This document shows positions 13,481 to 26,469 of a DNA stretch of 64,000 bases, piece by piece; position 1 is the first letter of the stretch; each line of letters opens with the position of its first letter. Source of the DNA: Camelus ferus. Lineage: Eukaryota. Location: positions 41,542,001-41,606,000 of the forward strand of contig NC_045696.1 in NCBI RefSeq assembly GCF_009834535.1, read 5' to 3'. The notes below the pieces were generated by a model. It made no database searches. It was not told the DNA's origin and worked only from the letters and a program-made list of their open reading frames with translations. The position numbers and the translations under genes were made by a program.

Positions 13481-14356
13481 ATGAAGAAGCAGAGAAACCA
13501 CTCCCAGTTTAAAGAACAAGAGAAATCCCCTGAAAGAACGATCAATGAAATTGACCTTGATAGTCTACTAGATCATGATTTCAAAAAAGGAGTGATCAAA
13601 GTACTGAAGGAACTGAAAGAGATTGTGAATAGAGACAGAGAATACGTCAAAAAGGAAATTGAAACTATAGAGAGGAGCCAATTAAAAATGGAAAATTCAT
13701 TTGCTGAGATGAGAGCTGAGCTAAAGTTTGTAAAAAGCAGGCTAGATAATGTAGAGGAACGAATAAGTGACTTAGAAGACAGGACAACAGAAGTCACCCA
13801 ATCAAAGCAGCTGAGAGAAAAACAAATGAAAACAATATAAGGGACCTATAGGATGATATAAAGCATGCCAGCCTACGCATAATAGGGGTCCCAGAAGGAG
13901 AAGAAAGAGCAAAAGGGATTGAGAAGGTATTCAAAGAAACCATGAATGAAAACTTCCCAAACCTAAAGAAGGAATCAGATATCCAACCACGGAAAGCACA
14001 GAGGGTCCCAACAAGAAGAATCCAAACAGACTCACACCAAGACACATTATAATCAAGATGGTCAGGGTTAAAGATAAAGAAATGATTCTAAAGGCAGCAA
14101 GAGAAAAACAGAGTGAGTTACAAGGGGAACCTCCATAAGGCTTTCAGCTGATATCTCTATACAAACATTGTTCGTCAGAATGGAGTGGCAAAATATATTC
14201 AAAGTCCTGAATGAGAAAAAGATGCAACCTAGAATACTTTATCCAGCAAGGCTATCTTTAGAATAGAAGGAGAGATAAGTAACTTAACAGCAAAAACTAA
14301 AAGAATTTAGCAACACTAAACCTATGCTAAAAGAAATATTGAAAGGTCTACTCTGA
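13481..14356 (+). pseudogene. L1 ORF1p, frameshifted
   Basis: MKKQRNHSQFKEQEKSPE...SRLDNVEERISDLEDR; downstream RIIGVPEGEE, YPAR and KGLL-stop. Confidence 0.93.
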
Positions 14357-14504
14357 ATAGAAAAGAAGCAGGATGCTACAGAAATGAGAAAACCATAATT
14401 GGACAGGTGATAACTACAATGAATTACAACAGAATAAACATGGCATTGTTAAAGAGGACATCAAAATCATGAAGGGTGGGAGAGGGGAGCAAGAAAATAT
14501 AGGG

Positions 14505-14571
14505 GTTTTTTTTTTCTTTTTTCTTTCTTTCTTTCTTTCTTTTTCTTTTTCTTTTTTTTTTTTTTTTTTTT
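14505..14571. repeat. T-rich/(CTTT)n tract in the L1 inter-ORF spacer
   Basis: Seen directly. Confidence 0.9.
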
Positions 14572-14793
14572 GTTCTCCGTAGGATGGGTTTGAGCTTATA
14601 TCACTATCAGTTTAAAACAGATAAAGTAATGGGTTAACACACATACAAAACAGGGTAACCACAAGCCAAAAGCTTACAAGAGTCACAGAAACTAAAAAGA
14701 AACCAAGATAATACAAAGGAAAATTATCAAACCACAAAAAGAAAAAGAAAGGAACAAAGGAAATACCAAATCAACTGCAAAACTAAGTTCAAA

Positions 14794-15120
14794 ATGGCAA
14801 TAAACACACATCTATCAATAATTACCATATATGTCAATGGACTAAGTGCTCCAATCAAAAGACATAGAGCGGCAGACTAGATAATAAAACAAGAACCTAC
14901 AATATGCTGCATACAAGAGACCCACTTTAGGGAGGACACACATAGATTGAAAGTGAGAGGATGGAGAAAGATACATCACACAAATGGAAATGACAAGAAA
15001 GCAGGAGTAGCAATACTGATTTCAGACAAAATAGATTTTAAAACAAAGGCCATAACGATTTAAAAAAAAGGACACTATATAATTATTAAAGGAGCAATAC
15101 AAGATGAGGGTATTACACTA
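14794..15120 (+). pseudogene. L1 ORF2p endonuclease N-terminus, truncated
   Basis: MAINTHLSIITIYVNGLSAPIKRHRAAD*IIKQEPTICCIQETH; ends abruptly at 15120. Confidence 0.93.
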
Positions 15121-18100
15121 GCCCTAACCACCTTATAAGTGATAGGTGCTGCCTCCTTTCTCCTATTTGCTTATGACGTGGGATAGAAGACCATTCCCCT
15201 AGCTCATTAACACACACCACTCTCCTCATTTCTGAGATTTGTTAATAATAAATCTTGTGACTTTACTTGCTTTGCATGAGTGTATTAAAACTGCAACTTC
15301 AGTCAAAATATCCCCATGGTTTTCACTTCCCCAAAATGGAAGCCTGGATGTTGAGGGAGCTACATGCCAACCTCATGTGGGTGGCTTGTGCCTCATTCAA
15401 CAGGTTGTAATCTGCATATTGTTAATTTAATACATCAGCTACAGACCCACCAAAGGCTTTAATGGATAAAGTAGACAGCATACAAGAACAGACGGGCAAT
15501 GTAAGCAGAGAGATGAAAATCCTAAGGAGGGGAAAATAACAAGAAGAAATGCTAGAGATAAAAAATGCTGTAGCAGAAATGAAGAAGGCCTTTGACAGAC
15601 TCATCAGCAGACTGGACATGGCTGAGGAAAGAATCTCTGAGCTTAAGGATATCCCAGTAGAAACTTCCAAAACTGAAAAGAAAAGAAAGGCTGAAAAAAA
15701 AAAAAAACTGAATTGTGGGACAACTACAAAATTGTAACACATGCATAAATGGGAATACCAGAAGGAGAAGAGAGAAAGGAATAGAAGAAATATTTGAAAC
15801 AGAAATAAGTGAGAACTTCTCCAAATTAATGTCAGACATCAAACCACCCTGCAGGAAGATCAGAGAACTCCAAGCAGGATAAATGCCAAAAAAAATTATA
15901 CCCAGGCATATCATATTCAAATGATAGAAGATCAAAGATAAACAAAAAATCCTGAAAGAAGCCAGAGAGGAAAAACACCTCACCTGTAGCAGAAAAAAAA
16001 AAAGAATTACATCCAACTTCTCCTCAGAAACCATGCTGGCAAGAAAAGAGCAGAATGAAATATTTATATTGCTGAGAGAATAGAACCAAAAACCTACAAT
16101 TCTGTTCTGTGAAATTACCCTTCAAAAATGAAGGAGAAATAAAGACTTTCTCACACAAACAAAATTGAGAAATTTGTTGCCTCCTTACAAGAAATGATTA
16201 GTAGAAAAGTTCTTCAGGGAGAAGAAAAAATTCATCTCAGAAATTCAGATCAACATAAAGAAAGGTAGACCACCCATCAGAGAAGGAATAAGTGAAAGTA
16301 AAACAGAAACTCTTACTTTTCTTATTCTTAATTGATCTAACAGATAATGGTGTTTTCAAAATAACAATAACAACAATGTATTCGACCACGTGTGTTTATG
16401 TACATATTGTATGCTTGCTTATGTATGCTTCTAAGCAAGTGAAATGAATGACAGCAATGATACAAGTGATGGAATGGAGGAATTGGCATTATTTAGTTAT
16501 TATAAAATACACTGTCCATGAAGGAATACAGTATTATTTGAATGGATATGGATTAGTTGTATATTTCAAGCTCTAGGGCAACCAGTTAAAATTATTTTTT
16601 TAAGTATAACATATGCTAAGAAGTAGAGAAAATTGAATCATATAAAATGCTCAATTAAAATAACAGGCAGAAAAAGAGTAGAAGACAGAAATAGAAAGGG
16701 CAACAACTCAAAGCAGTAACAAATATGGTAAATATTAATCCAAACATACCAGTAATCACTTTGTACTTCAATGGTCTAAATAAACCAATTAAAAGACAGA
16801 GATTGTCAGAGTGGATCAAAAAACAAGACCCACCTCTATGTTGTCTGCAAGAAACCTACTTTATAAGGAACATACAGATTAAAAGTTAATAGTTGGGGAA
16901 AGATATACTAAGCTAACATGAATCAAAAGAGAACAAGCAGAAATAGCTGTATTAATTTCAGACAAAGCAGACTTCAAAGCAAGGAAATCTATCAGAAAAA
17001 AGAGGGCAACACATAATGATAAAGGGGTCAATTCTCCAAGTTCTCCAATTCTCCGTAACATGTATCAACCTAACAAAAGAGGGGCAAAGTACATGAAGCA
17101 AAGTACATGATAGAACTGCAAGGAGAAATAGATGAATTCATTATTCTAGGTGGAGATTTCAACAGCCCTCCAGGATAGACCCAGCAGGCAGAAAATCAGT
17201 AAGTGAACTCAAAACCCCAATGATCAGCTAGGCATAATCAACATCAACAGACTGCTTCATCCAACAGTAGCAGAATACTCATTCTTCTCAAGCTCACACT
17301 GAACATTCAGCAAGATAGACAACAAGATAGCCATAAAACATACCTTTACAAATTTAGAAGACTAAAATTCACACAATGTCAGACAGCAATGGAATTAAAC
17401 TAGAAAACCATAACAGAAAGATAAGTGGAAAATCCCCAAATACATGGAGATTAAACAACACACTTCTAAATAACATACAGGTCAAAGGAGAACTCCCACA
17501 ATTTTTAAAAAATATTTTGAACTAAATGAAAATGAAACACAACTTAACAATATTTCTAGGATGCAGCAAAAGCCAGGCTTAGAGGGAAATGTATAGCATT
17601 GAATGCATATATTTAACAAATTCATTCTGATTAAAATTCTTAATAAACTAGGAATAGAGGGGAACTTTCTCAACTTGATAAAGGAAAGCCACAAAAAAAC
17701 TTACACCTAACATCATACTTAGTGCTGAGAAACTCAAAGCTTTCCTATTAAGTACAGGAATAAGGCAAGGATATCCCCTCTTCCCACTCCTTTTCAGAAT
17801 TGTACTGGAAGTCCTAACTAATGTAATTTTAAAAAGAAAATAAAAGGTATACAGATTGGGAAGGAAGAAGTAAAACTGTCTTTGTTGACAGATGACAATA
17901 ATCTATGTAGAAAATCCAAAAGAATTGACAAAAAAATCTCCGAGAACTAATAAGTAGCAATAGCAAGGTTGAAGGATAAAAGATTAATACACAAATCAAT
18001 TACTCTCTATATACCAGAAATGAATAAATGGAATTTGAAATTAAGAACACAATACCACCTACATTAGCACTCCCGAAATAAAATATTTAGATAGGAATCT

Positions 18101-20204
18101 AGCAAAATATGTACAATATCTTGTAAGGAAGACCACAAAACTCTGATGAACAAAATCAAAGAAGAACTAACTAAATGAAGAGATATTCCATTTTTGTGGA
18201 TAGGAAGACTTGATATTGATAAGACGTCCATTTTCCCAACTTAATCTGTGGATTCAATGCAATCCCAATCAAAATCCCACCAAGTTATTTTGTGGATATT
18301 GACAAACTTATTCTAAAGTTTATAGGGAGAAGTAAAAGACCCAGAATAACTAACATAATATTTAAGAACAAAACTGGAAGTACTAACATCACCCAACTTC
18401 AAGATTAATTATAAATTTACAGTAAGTTAAGACTATGTAGTATTGGTAAAGAATAGACAAACAGATCAATGGAACAGAAAAGAGTCCAGAATTAGGACCA
18501 CAATAAATATAGCCAAATGATCTTTGACAAGGGAGTAAAGGTAATACAATGGAAAAAAGGTGTCTTTTCAACAAATAGTACTGGAACAACTGGACATCCA
18601 CGTGCAAAAAAATACACAGATGTCTAGACTCACAAAAATTATCTCAAGATGGATCAGAGACCTAAAATAAAATGCAAAACTATAAAACTCCTAGATAATA
18701 AAATAGGAGAAAACCTAAATGACTTTGGGTATGGCAATGACATTTTAAAAACAACACTAAAGTTATAATCAATGAAAGAACTGACAAGCTAAATTTCATT
18801 AAAATTAAATTTTTCTGCTTTGCAGATGACACTGTCAAAAGAGTAGAAAGATAGGGCACAGTCTGGGAAGAAATAGTCACAGAAGACATGTCTGATAAAG
18901 GAACGCTATCCAAAATATACAAAGAACCCTTAAAACCCAACAATAAGTAAACAACAGCAACAAAAAATTTAAAAATGAGCCAAAGACCTTAGCAGACACC
19001 TGACCAAAGAAGACATACAAATTGCAAATAAACATGTGAAAATATAGCCATGTCATATGACATTAAGGAAATGCAAGTTAAAACAACGAGATACCCCTAC
19101 ACACGTATCAGAATGGCCAGTTCCAACTGACACTACTTTGATGTCACCAGATGCTGGAGGGTACAGAGCAACAAGAACTTCATTCATAGCTGGAGGGAAT
19201 GCAAAATGGTATAGCCACTTTGGAAGACAGTTTGGTGATTTCTTACAAAACTAAACATATTCTTACCATAAAATCTAGCAATCTTGTTCCTTGGTATTTA
19301 CCCAAAAGAACTGAAGACTTACATCTACACAAAAACCTGTACATGGATGTTTATATCTGCTTTATTCATAATTGCCAAAACCTGGAAGCAACCAGAATGT
19401 GTTTCAGTAGATGGATGGATAATACATAAACTGCATTACATCAGACAATGGGTTATTATTCCACTAAAAAGAAATGAGCTATCAAGCCATGTAAAGGTGT
19501 GGAGGAAACTTAAATGCATATTGCTAAATGAAAGAAGCCAATCTGCAAAGGCTACATACTGTATGATTCCAACTACATGACATTCTGGAAAAGGCAAAAC
19601 TACTGAGACAATAACATGATCAGTGGCTGCCAGGGATTAGGGAGGAGTGTGGAATAAACAGGCAGAGCACAGAGAATTTTTATGGCAGTGAAACTACCCT
19701 GTATGATACTATAATGGTGGATACATGTCATTATATATTTGGTCAAACCCACAGAATGTACACCACCAAGAGAGAACCATAATGTAAAGTATGGTCTTTG
19801 GCTGATAATGACATGTTGTTGTAGGTTCATCAGTCACAACAAACGTACCCCTCTGATGGACGCACTGATAATAGGGCAGGCTATGCACGTGAGGAGGCAG
19901 AAAGTATATGGGAAATACCCATAACACCGTCTCAAGTTTTCTGTGACCCTCAAACTGCTCTAAAAAATGAAGCCTTAATGTTCAAATATACATATATATA
20001 CCATTAGATAATAGTATATAAATTATGTAGTAGCATAATGTATACTATTACTTTAATTTCTTAATAATCATTTCTTCTTAACAAACAAAAAATAAAAGTC
20101 AATAGACTTGGAAACAAAGCACATGTTCCTTCAGGGTCTGGGAATAACAACATCGCAGCTGTGGGGAAAGAAATGTAATGGGACCCCAGCTGTGAGGAGA
20201 TACA

Positions 20205-20234
20205 CACAACACACACACACACACACACACACAT
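20205..20234. repeat. (CA)n microsatellite
   Basis: Seen directly. Confidence 0.9.
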
Positions 20235-21165
20235 ACAATAATATATGTATATATTATATACATACATTTACAAAGAAACAATATCAAAAGTGAATGACAA
20301 GAAATAGATGCTTACATAGGTAAAAATAACAAAAGTAAAAAAATAAGAGAATCGAAACTACAAATATAAATGTTAAAACAGCAGAAGAAGAGAGAAGTAA
20401 TAAATTGAAAGACATGTCTTATGTTGGGGAGTCAACAGACATGACGTTGGTAGATCAATTAAAAAATACAATTATAAGCATGTTACCTACAGTTTTTGAA
20501 GTAACCACTAGGAGAATAAAAAATAGTCAAAGTATATTTCCTCTGATAATGGAAGTGTAGGCGGTGAAGGGGTAAACAGAAAACTACTGCTTTTCAGAAG
20601 CTTTTCTCTACTGTTCTGATGCCATGTACTTGAAGTAGTTTATTTGAAAGGAGTTAATTAGGAGCTTTATGTCTCATTGGTTTGGTGGCAAAGGGAAAAG
20701 GAATGAAGGCTGACCTTGACCTTGTCTGAGCCCAGGTAATCAGGGAAAGGGACCTCACAGAAACAGAAAACCAAGATGGGAAATTGGTAACTGGTTTGAG
20801 GGAAGAAGATAAAGACACTGGGAGATTCAGTAAGAACACAACAAGCAGTAACAGCGTCTGAAAAAAATTTGTAGTAAAATATGAATTTGAGAGGCATTTA
20901 CATAAATGTAAGAATTGAACTGATATCAACAAAAGTTTGAAGATGAAAACAGAAATGAAAGAAAAAATGTTAGAAGCATCCCAGTTAAATTCAGAGCACC
21001 TCTGGTAAAAGTATAAAAGAAAGGAGAGAGAAATGCCGTAGTGATAATGGGGTGGAAGGAATGAGAAAGTTCACCAAAACGTGTCTACAATTGTAAACCT
21101 GACTCCATCGATTATAATCGAAAGAGTAGAAATGCGAAAACGCCTGTGGCGTTCACAGACAGTAC

Positions 21166-21230
21166 TTAAAATAGGCTTGTGGAAGTTGAAAACTGATCCC
21201 TGGCTTTCTTCAATGTTTCTAACCAGTTAT
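21166..21230 (-). CDS. Candidate terminal coding exon (D)NWLETLKKARDQFSTSTSLF-stop
   Basis: Acceptor ttttttcaactgtgttttcag; phase matches candidate 24423-24481; AATAAA on the minus strand at 20639-20644. Confidence 0.35.
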
Positions 21231-21749
21231 CTGAAAACACAGTTGAAAAAAGCACTGCTATTTGTGATTTTAACTGCATAACACATCTTAAAAAGAAAAA
21301 AGTTCTGCCAACTCTATTCAAAACCTTACTCATTTATTGTGACTGGCTCTTAAAGCATATGGTTTAGAAGAGCAAATACGTGCAATCACAAAAAGCTTAA
21401 AGTTAATTTTTCTTCAAACCCAGTGATGTAACCTTTGGGAATTGCATCAGACAACACTGTTGTGAAAACAATTTGGAAATATTCATATTTTGCTTATTTT
21501 TGTAAGAAACTTTGTGCAGCGTTCACCTTGGACCTCCAGGGACAAGGCATGTGATCATGAATGTCATGGAGTTAGTATTAAAAGAATGCTTACTGTGCTA
21601 AAGAGCTCAAGTTACAATCGAAGGTTCGAAGGAAAGGTGCATTTGAAAATGAAACCAGCGGACCTTAGGCATAAATTATAAGCATGGATATTTTTGTTTC
21701 TTAGCGGTCGTGTCAAAAGCCTTATGTTTGCATCCTCAAAGTTTCACCA

Positions 21750-23215
21750 GTTTAAAGCCCTGCCATTCACATCCCCCTCCAGCTCTCGTCTTCTCTTCTG
21801 TCTATGATGACCGCACACACTGGCTGAAGTGGTCTCATTTTCCTACTCCCAGCTCACTCCCCAACTCTTCCAGTTTGCTTCCACTCCATCACTCCATCCG
21901 AGCAGCTCTTGCTAATATGAGTAAAGACCCTGATGTTTCAGATGCTCTCCTCTTTCACCTGCAAGGCTACATTCAACACCTTAAATCAGTCCTGCATTCT
22001 TGAAATGCTTTCTTCCCTTTGTTGTCAAGAAACAGCACTTTTCTGTCTCCCCTTGGAGGAACATAATTATCTACCAGGTTTCAATCACCCATCTATAAGC
22101 CCAATACTGTAAAATTTCACCCTTATGTACAACTAACCCCTCAACACTTACACTTGAATGACTGCTGGCATCTCAAAATTCATCTCATAATATTTACCCC
22201 TGAACCTGATTCTTTGTTTCCTATCTCAATGAATGGCCCCACTGTCTTATCACAGTATGCAAGCCAAAAAACTCAAAATTGTCTTTGACACCTTCTCCAC
22301 CCTGCTCCTATATTCAACACATCACTGAGTTTGCTTTCTACATGTCTCTTGAATCCATACAACTCTTTCTCCACTATTACCCATTAATCCAGGCTGCCAT
22401 GGTCTCTCACCGGAACTATGTTAGGGTAGGTTCCTTTATTTTCTGTTCCTAGAGGCTTTTCCTTTCCTTCAGAGTACTTATCTCAGTTTGTAATTACACA
22501 GTTATTTTATGAATGCCCCTCTTCTTACTGCTTACTGCATCAGCCTCCTAACAGGTCTTTCTACATCCACCTAGGGTTTCTTTCCAACTATTTTTCCCCA
22601 TTTGCAGGGAGAGTCATGTTATACAAAGCATAAGTCTGATATTGCACACAATCCTAGTTCTACCAAGCCCTTGCTAAATCTCCTTCAGTGTCTTCCCCTT
22701 GTTCCCAGGTTGCAGACCAAAACTCTTGACATGTCCTACCAGGCCTGCACGGTCTGCCCCTGCCTACTGCACCAGCTCATTGCACACAAGTCTCTCACTC
22801 TCTGAGCTCTGCCACGCTGACATTCTCATTCTTCAAATGGTCCTACTTGCCCCACCTGCCACAGTGCCTTTACCCAGGCCTTCCCCTCCCCAACCATGTC
22901 CACCTGGTTACCTGCAGAGTCTTCAGCTTTGGCTTAACCTCTACCTGACAGGAAAGCCTCTCCCGACTTATACCAGGGTAGGTGCCTCTGTTATCTGCTC
23001 CCATAGGCTGTTCCTTTCTTTCCACTCATTTATCTCGGCTTGTAATTTCACATTCGATCATGAAGTTATTTTATGAATGCACTTCCTGCCCTTTGGTCTG
23101 TAAGCTCCGTGAAGTCAGGAGTCACATCTTCTTTTCTTGCCAGCCCATCTCCAGCTCCCAGCAGAGCTCTTGATATACAAGGGAATCAATAAATATTTTT
23201 TGAATGACTAGATGC
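21750..23215 (+). mobile_element. L2 fragments
   Basis: Pyrimidine-rich decayed L2-like sequence ending tcaataaatattttttgaatga. Confidence 0.7.
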
Positions 23216-23737
23216 CTGAATAAATGGTAGATTTGGCTTTAAAATATGTATATGGCTCAGAAGCCAATCTTTCATGCCAATTCAGACTTGATTTCCCCCA
23301 ATTTTTAGCTTAAAATATGTTCTGTTCATTTTTTTCTTATACATCTACAGCCATAAAGACTGTTCACAAAGCAGAGATGTTAGAGCGCTCATGGATATAT
23401 TATCTTAACTTCAGACCAATGGAGAAGTCATGACACGAATACAGGATTTTTCATACAAATATTTTAGATAATGCCCAATAGGTCCTATTCCTAGCCTAAC
23501 AGCCCGTTTGTATGACATTCAGAGACATCTCGATGAATTTACTGATCCTCATTTTTGTTCTGCCTCCTAGAATTCAGGAAAGTGTTTTGGGTCAGGCCTG
23601 TTTAGCCTGGGGCTGGAAGAGGGGAAAGAGAGTGCTTCAAATAAAGGGTGAAATGTCTGTTATGGCTTGAGTAGACTTTAGTCTGGCAATCAAATATTAT
23701 ATAACTCCAAAATTGACGGCCCACCCCTGACCAAGAT

Positions 23738-24306
23738 GCAGAACCAGCAGTGTAATTTGTAGGGCGCAGTGCAAAATGAAAATTCGAGGCCCCTTGTTCA
23801 GAAATCAAGGTAAAAACATTTTCTTTCCTTCTGCAGTCTCTCAACTGACCTGTCATGGTGGGTTTTTTGTTGTTGTTATTTTGCTATTTAACGTTACTCT
23901 CCCTTGGACACAGATACACTTGTGGATTGTAACCAGTGCCTAGGTCCCTACCCTGTGACTGGGTGGGGCACATGTGCCCAGAACTGGCCTTCTCCGTGCC
24001 AAGGTCCCCACCGAGGACAGAATGCAACATCAGTCACTAAATGGGGACAAGGGGACAGGTGGCAGAGAACCCAAGCTGAGGAGGCAGAGAGGTGGTAGGA
24101 GATGGGACTTTACATGAGCCAAAGTTTCAAGTCCCAGTGCAGGTTTCATGGTTCCATCAGACTTTCCTGTAAAACACAAACTCAGAGATAAATTATCCAG
24201 AATTTTAAGATGGTGCCAATAGAGCATGAAATCCCAAGTACAGACCCCACTCTGAGTGTGGATCCCAAGCAGCTAACTGCACGTATCACACGCCCCTGAA
24301 GCTGGC
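23738..24306 (-). mobile_element. MER45-like hAT-Tip100 DNA transposon
   Basis: End motif tgtaatttgtagggcgcagtgcaaaatgaaaatt and opposite end ccctgaagctggcct; internal aattttaagatggtg. Confidence 0.7.
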
Positions 24307-24422
24307 CTCGCCCAGCTGAGACAGTCTGTAGCCTAATTCAACATTACAAAGAAGGCAAGAACACAAGGGGAGGAGTGATGCTTCCATAAAGTACAATGTA
24401 GCTCTGCACACTCAGACTTTAC

Positions 24423-24481
24423 CATCTGCAACTCTGCGTTCACAGGGGCTTCCGAACGTCATGGGACAAGAAGATTTGTGC
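24423..24481 (-). CDS. Candidate 59-nt exon HKSSCPMTFGSPCERRVAD (phase 2-1)
   Basis: AG/GT boundaries (donor ATG|gtaaag), single open frame, 3 retained CpGs, in phase with candidates on both sides. An overlapping plus-strand exon reading is also possible. Confidence 0.35.
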
Positions 24482-24526
24482 CTATTTTTGGAGAAAGTTG
24501 TGAGTCTCTGCTGAGTAACCTGACTC

Positions 24527-24558
24527 TACTAACTTTGTTTTGTATCACCCAGGTAAGT
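24527..24558 (+). promoter_or_regulatory. Branch point, polypyrimidine tract and AG|GT site (recursive-splice-like)
   Basis: TACTAAC tttgttttgtatcacc CAG GTAAGT; the motif is directly visible, its use is unproven. Confidence 0.4.
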
Positions 24559-26232
24559 GCATCTTGTGTAATTTATCCAAGTTTCGTGCCTGGTGTTTCT
24601 TCAAATCTAATAGACATGAAGCCAAGAATCTATTTATTTAAGAATTAAACTAGAGCAGGAGTGATCATCTCCTTATGTCTAACTTACAGTACCTTGCATA
24701 AACTGATGCTCAATAAATGCTTCTTGAGTTGAAATAATAGTTAACTACTTTTCAAATTCCTCTATACCTAAAATAAGAGTCATCTTTTTCTAAGTGGATG
24801 ATAGTTAGAATTGTCAGACCAGTCAATCTATTTGGTGTGTAATTATGTGTGTGTGTGTACATACACATACACACACTCACACAAGCACATAGGGTCTTAC
24901 TTCCACACATTTGTTCTCAGAAGTTCAATGTGGCTATCAGAACCAATCCTACAAATAAACAGATTGAAAATTCCCACCGTCTTAACCAAAAGGAAATCTA
25001 TTTCGTGGAACTCCTAGTTAAAATTCAAAATAAAACCCTAAATAATATTTACAAAGAATATTCAATAACATGGAGAAGAGTTTATGGTACAATTAAATGA
25101 AAAACCAAAAGGAGATAGTATAATACTGCAAGTCTTCAAAATAAGACCACATACCTACGTACACAAAGCAGAAAGCTTGTAACAAAATGTTACCCAACAA
25201 TATTAGCATTCGTCTCTTGGAGTATAAGATTATGAGAGATTTGGGGAATTTTTTATTATTTTGTATTTATTAAAATTTTTTGCCCTCAATAAGTATATGC
25301 TGCTTTTGTAATTGAAAAAGAAAAATTATACAAAAGCAAAGCTTTGGAAAGAGTAACTTTCAGTCATTTAAACCAATAGCTTAAATTATTTTTAATAAGA
25401 AGGGGTTTTTTTGTCATCAGTAGTATGGGACCCTAATATATTTTTTAAAAATAAGTGGGAACCAGCTCCCTTAGGCAGTTTAAATCCTTATCACCAGGCA
25501 GAAAATACTTCATTGTTTGGAAGTAGTCCTGAAGTGCCACTCAGAAACTCACTGATTTGAATCCAGTGACTGTGAAAGAGGCATGTGAAGTGGCCTTTTA
25601 TCCCATTTCTCTGATTAATATGTTATTCAAGATACTGATGTTACTTAAGTAATTCTTGGTTATGCCTCAGTAACAAATAAAACCTGAAATCTCAGTGGTT
25701 TAACCACAAGGGTTTATTTTTCATTCATGTCAATGCAGTGCAGGCCAGCTGGCCAAACAGTGACTCAGGGCCCCAGGCTCTTCAATCTTGCAATCCCAGC
25801 ATCTTGGATTTCTCCATTTCCAGTTACACAGATACAGGAGAGAAAGAGATGATGGAAGCACATTGGTCGGTCCTCCACTACTCTGGCCCAGAAACCATCT
25901 CTTTATTTATGTTTCTTTCGCCTGAAGGAATCACATGGCCTCACCCGGACTGCAGAGGAAACTGGGAAACGTAGAGTTGTGCAAGAATATTTGGTTATTA
26001 CTAACAATGTCTGTCATAGTATTTTATTTTAGAGTTTCAAATGGCATTAAAGAAGAGCATAAGATTTATCACAAAAGGACAAAGGTTAAGAGAGGTTCTA
26101 AAACACTACATTAGCAGAAACTAATATTTTTAAAGATTAAGGTACTTGAAAAAATTCTGAAAGGATATGACAAGACAAATGATTGCTATGAAGTGGGGTT
26201 GAGGATGAGATTAAATAGAGTTAAAAGCATGA

Positions 26233-26423
26233 TACTACTGACTGGGATATATAAAATAAACAAGTTTATACTGTAGAGCACAGGGAAATATATTCAATAT
26301 CTTGTAGTAGCTTGTGAAAAAGAATATGAAAATGAATATATGTATATCTGTGTATGACTGAAGCATTGTGCTGTACACCAGAAACTGACACAACATTGTA
26401 AACTGACTATACCTCAATAAAAA
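26233..26423 (+). mobile_element. Short L1 3'UTR insertion
   Basis: L1 3' terminus with TSD taaaagcatga (26222-26232, 26424-26434). Confidence 0.9.
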
Positions 26424-26469
26424 TAAAAGCATGAAACGATACCCTAAGATATCAGGTAGCTCTACTTAC

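Larger units (their letters stand above)
8944..15452 (+). mobile_element. Solo LTR of about 500 bp in two pieces (8944-9111 and 15121-15452), interrupted by a young L1
   Basis: Starts TG (8944), ends CA (15451-15452); flanked by aagact/aaggct (6-bp TSD, 1 mismatch); TATA-like cttataag and aataaa in the right piece. Confidence 0.65.
7990..19975 (+). mobile_element. Old near-full-length L1MC-like element, split at 8943/15453 by a nested LTR plus L1 insertion; internal ORF2 deletion near 17610
   Basis: 5' region 7990-8943; ORF1 resumes at 15453 (EIKNAVAEMKKAFDRLISRLDMAEERISEL); EN start about 16750; ORF2 C-terminus (LGIYPKELKTY...IIAKTWKQP); L1MC-like 3'UTR to about 19975. Confidence 0.85.

Noticed and set aside
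15552..16034. 160-aa hydrophobic minus-strand ORF as a membrane protein
   Set aside because: Antisense reading of A-rich L1 ORF1, which yields Phe/Leu-rich pseudo-proteins.
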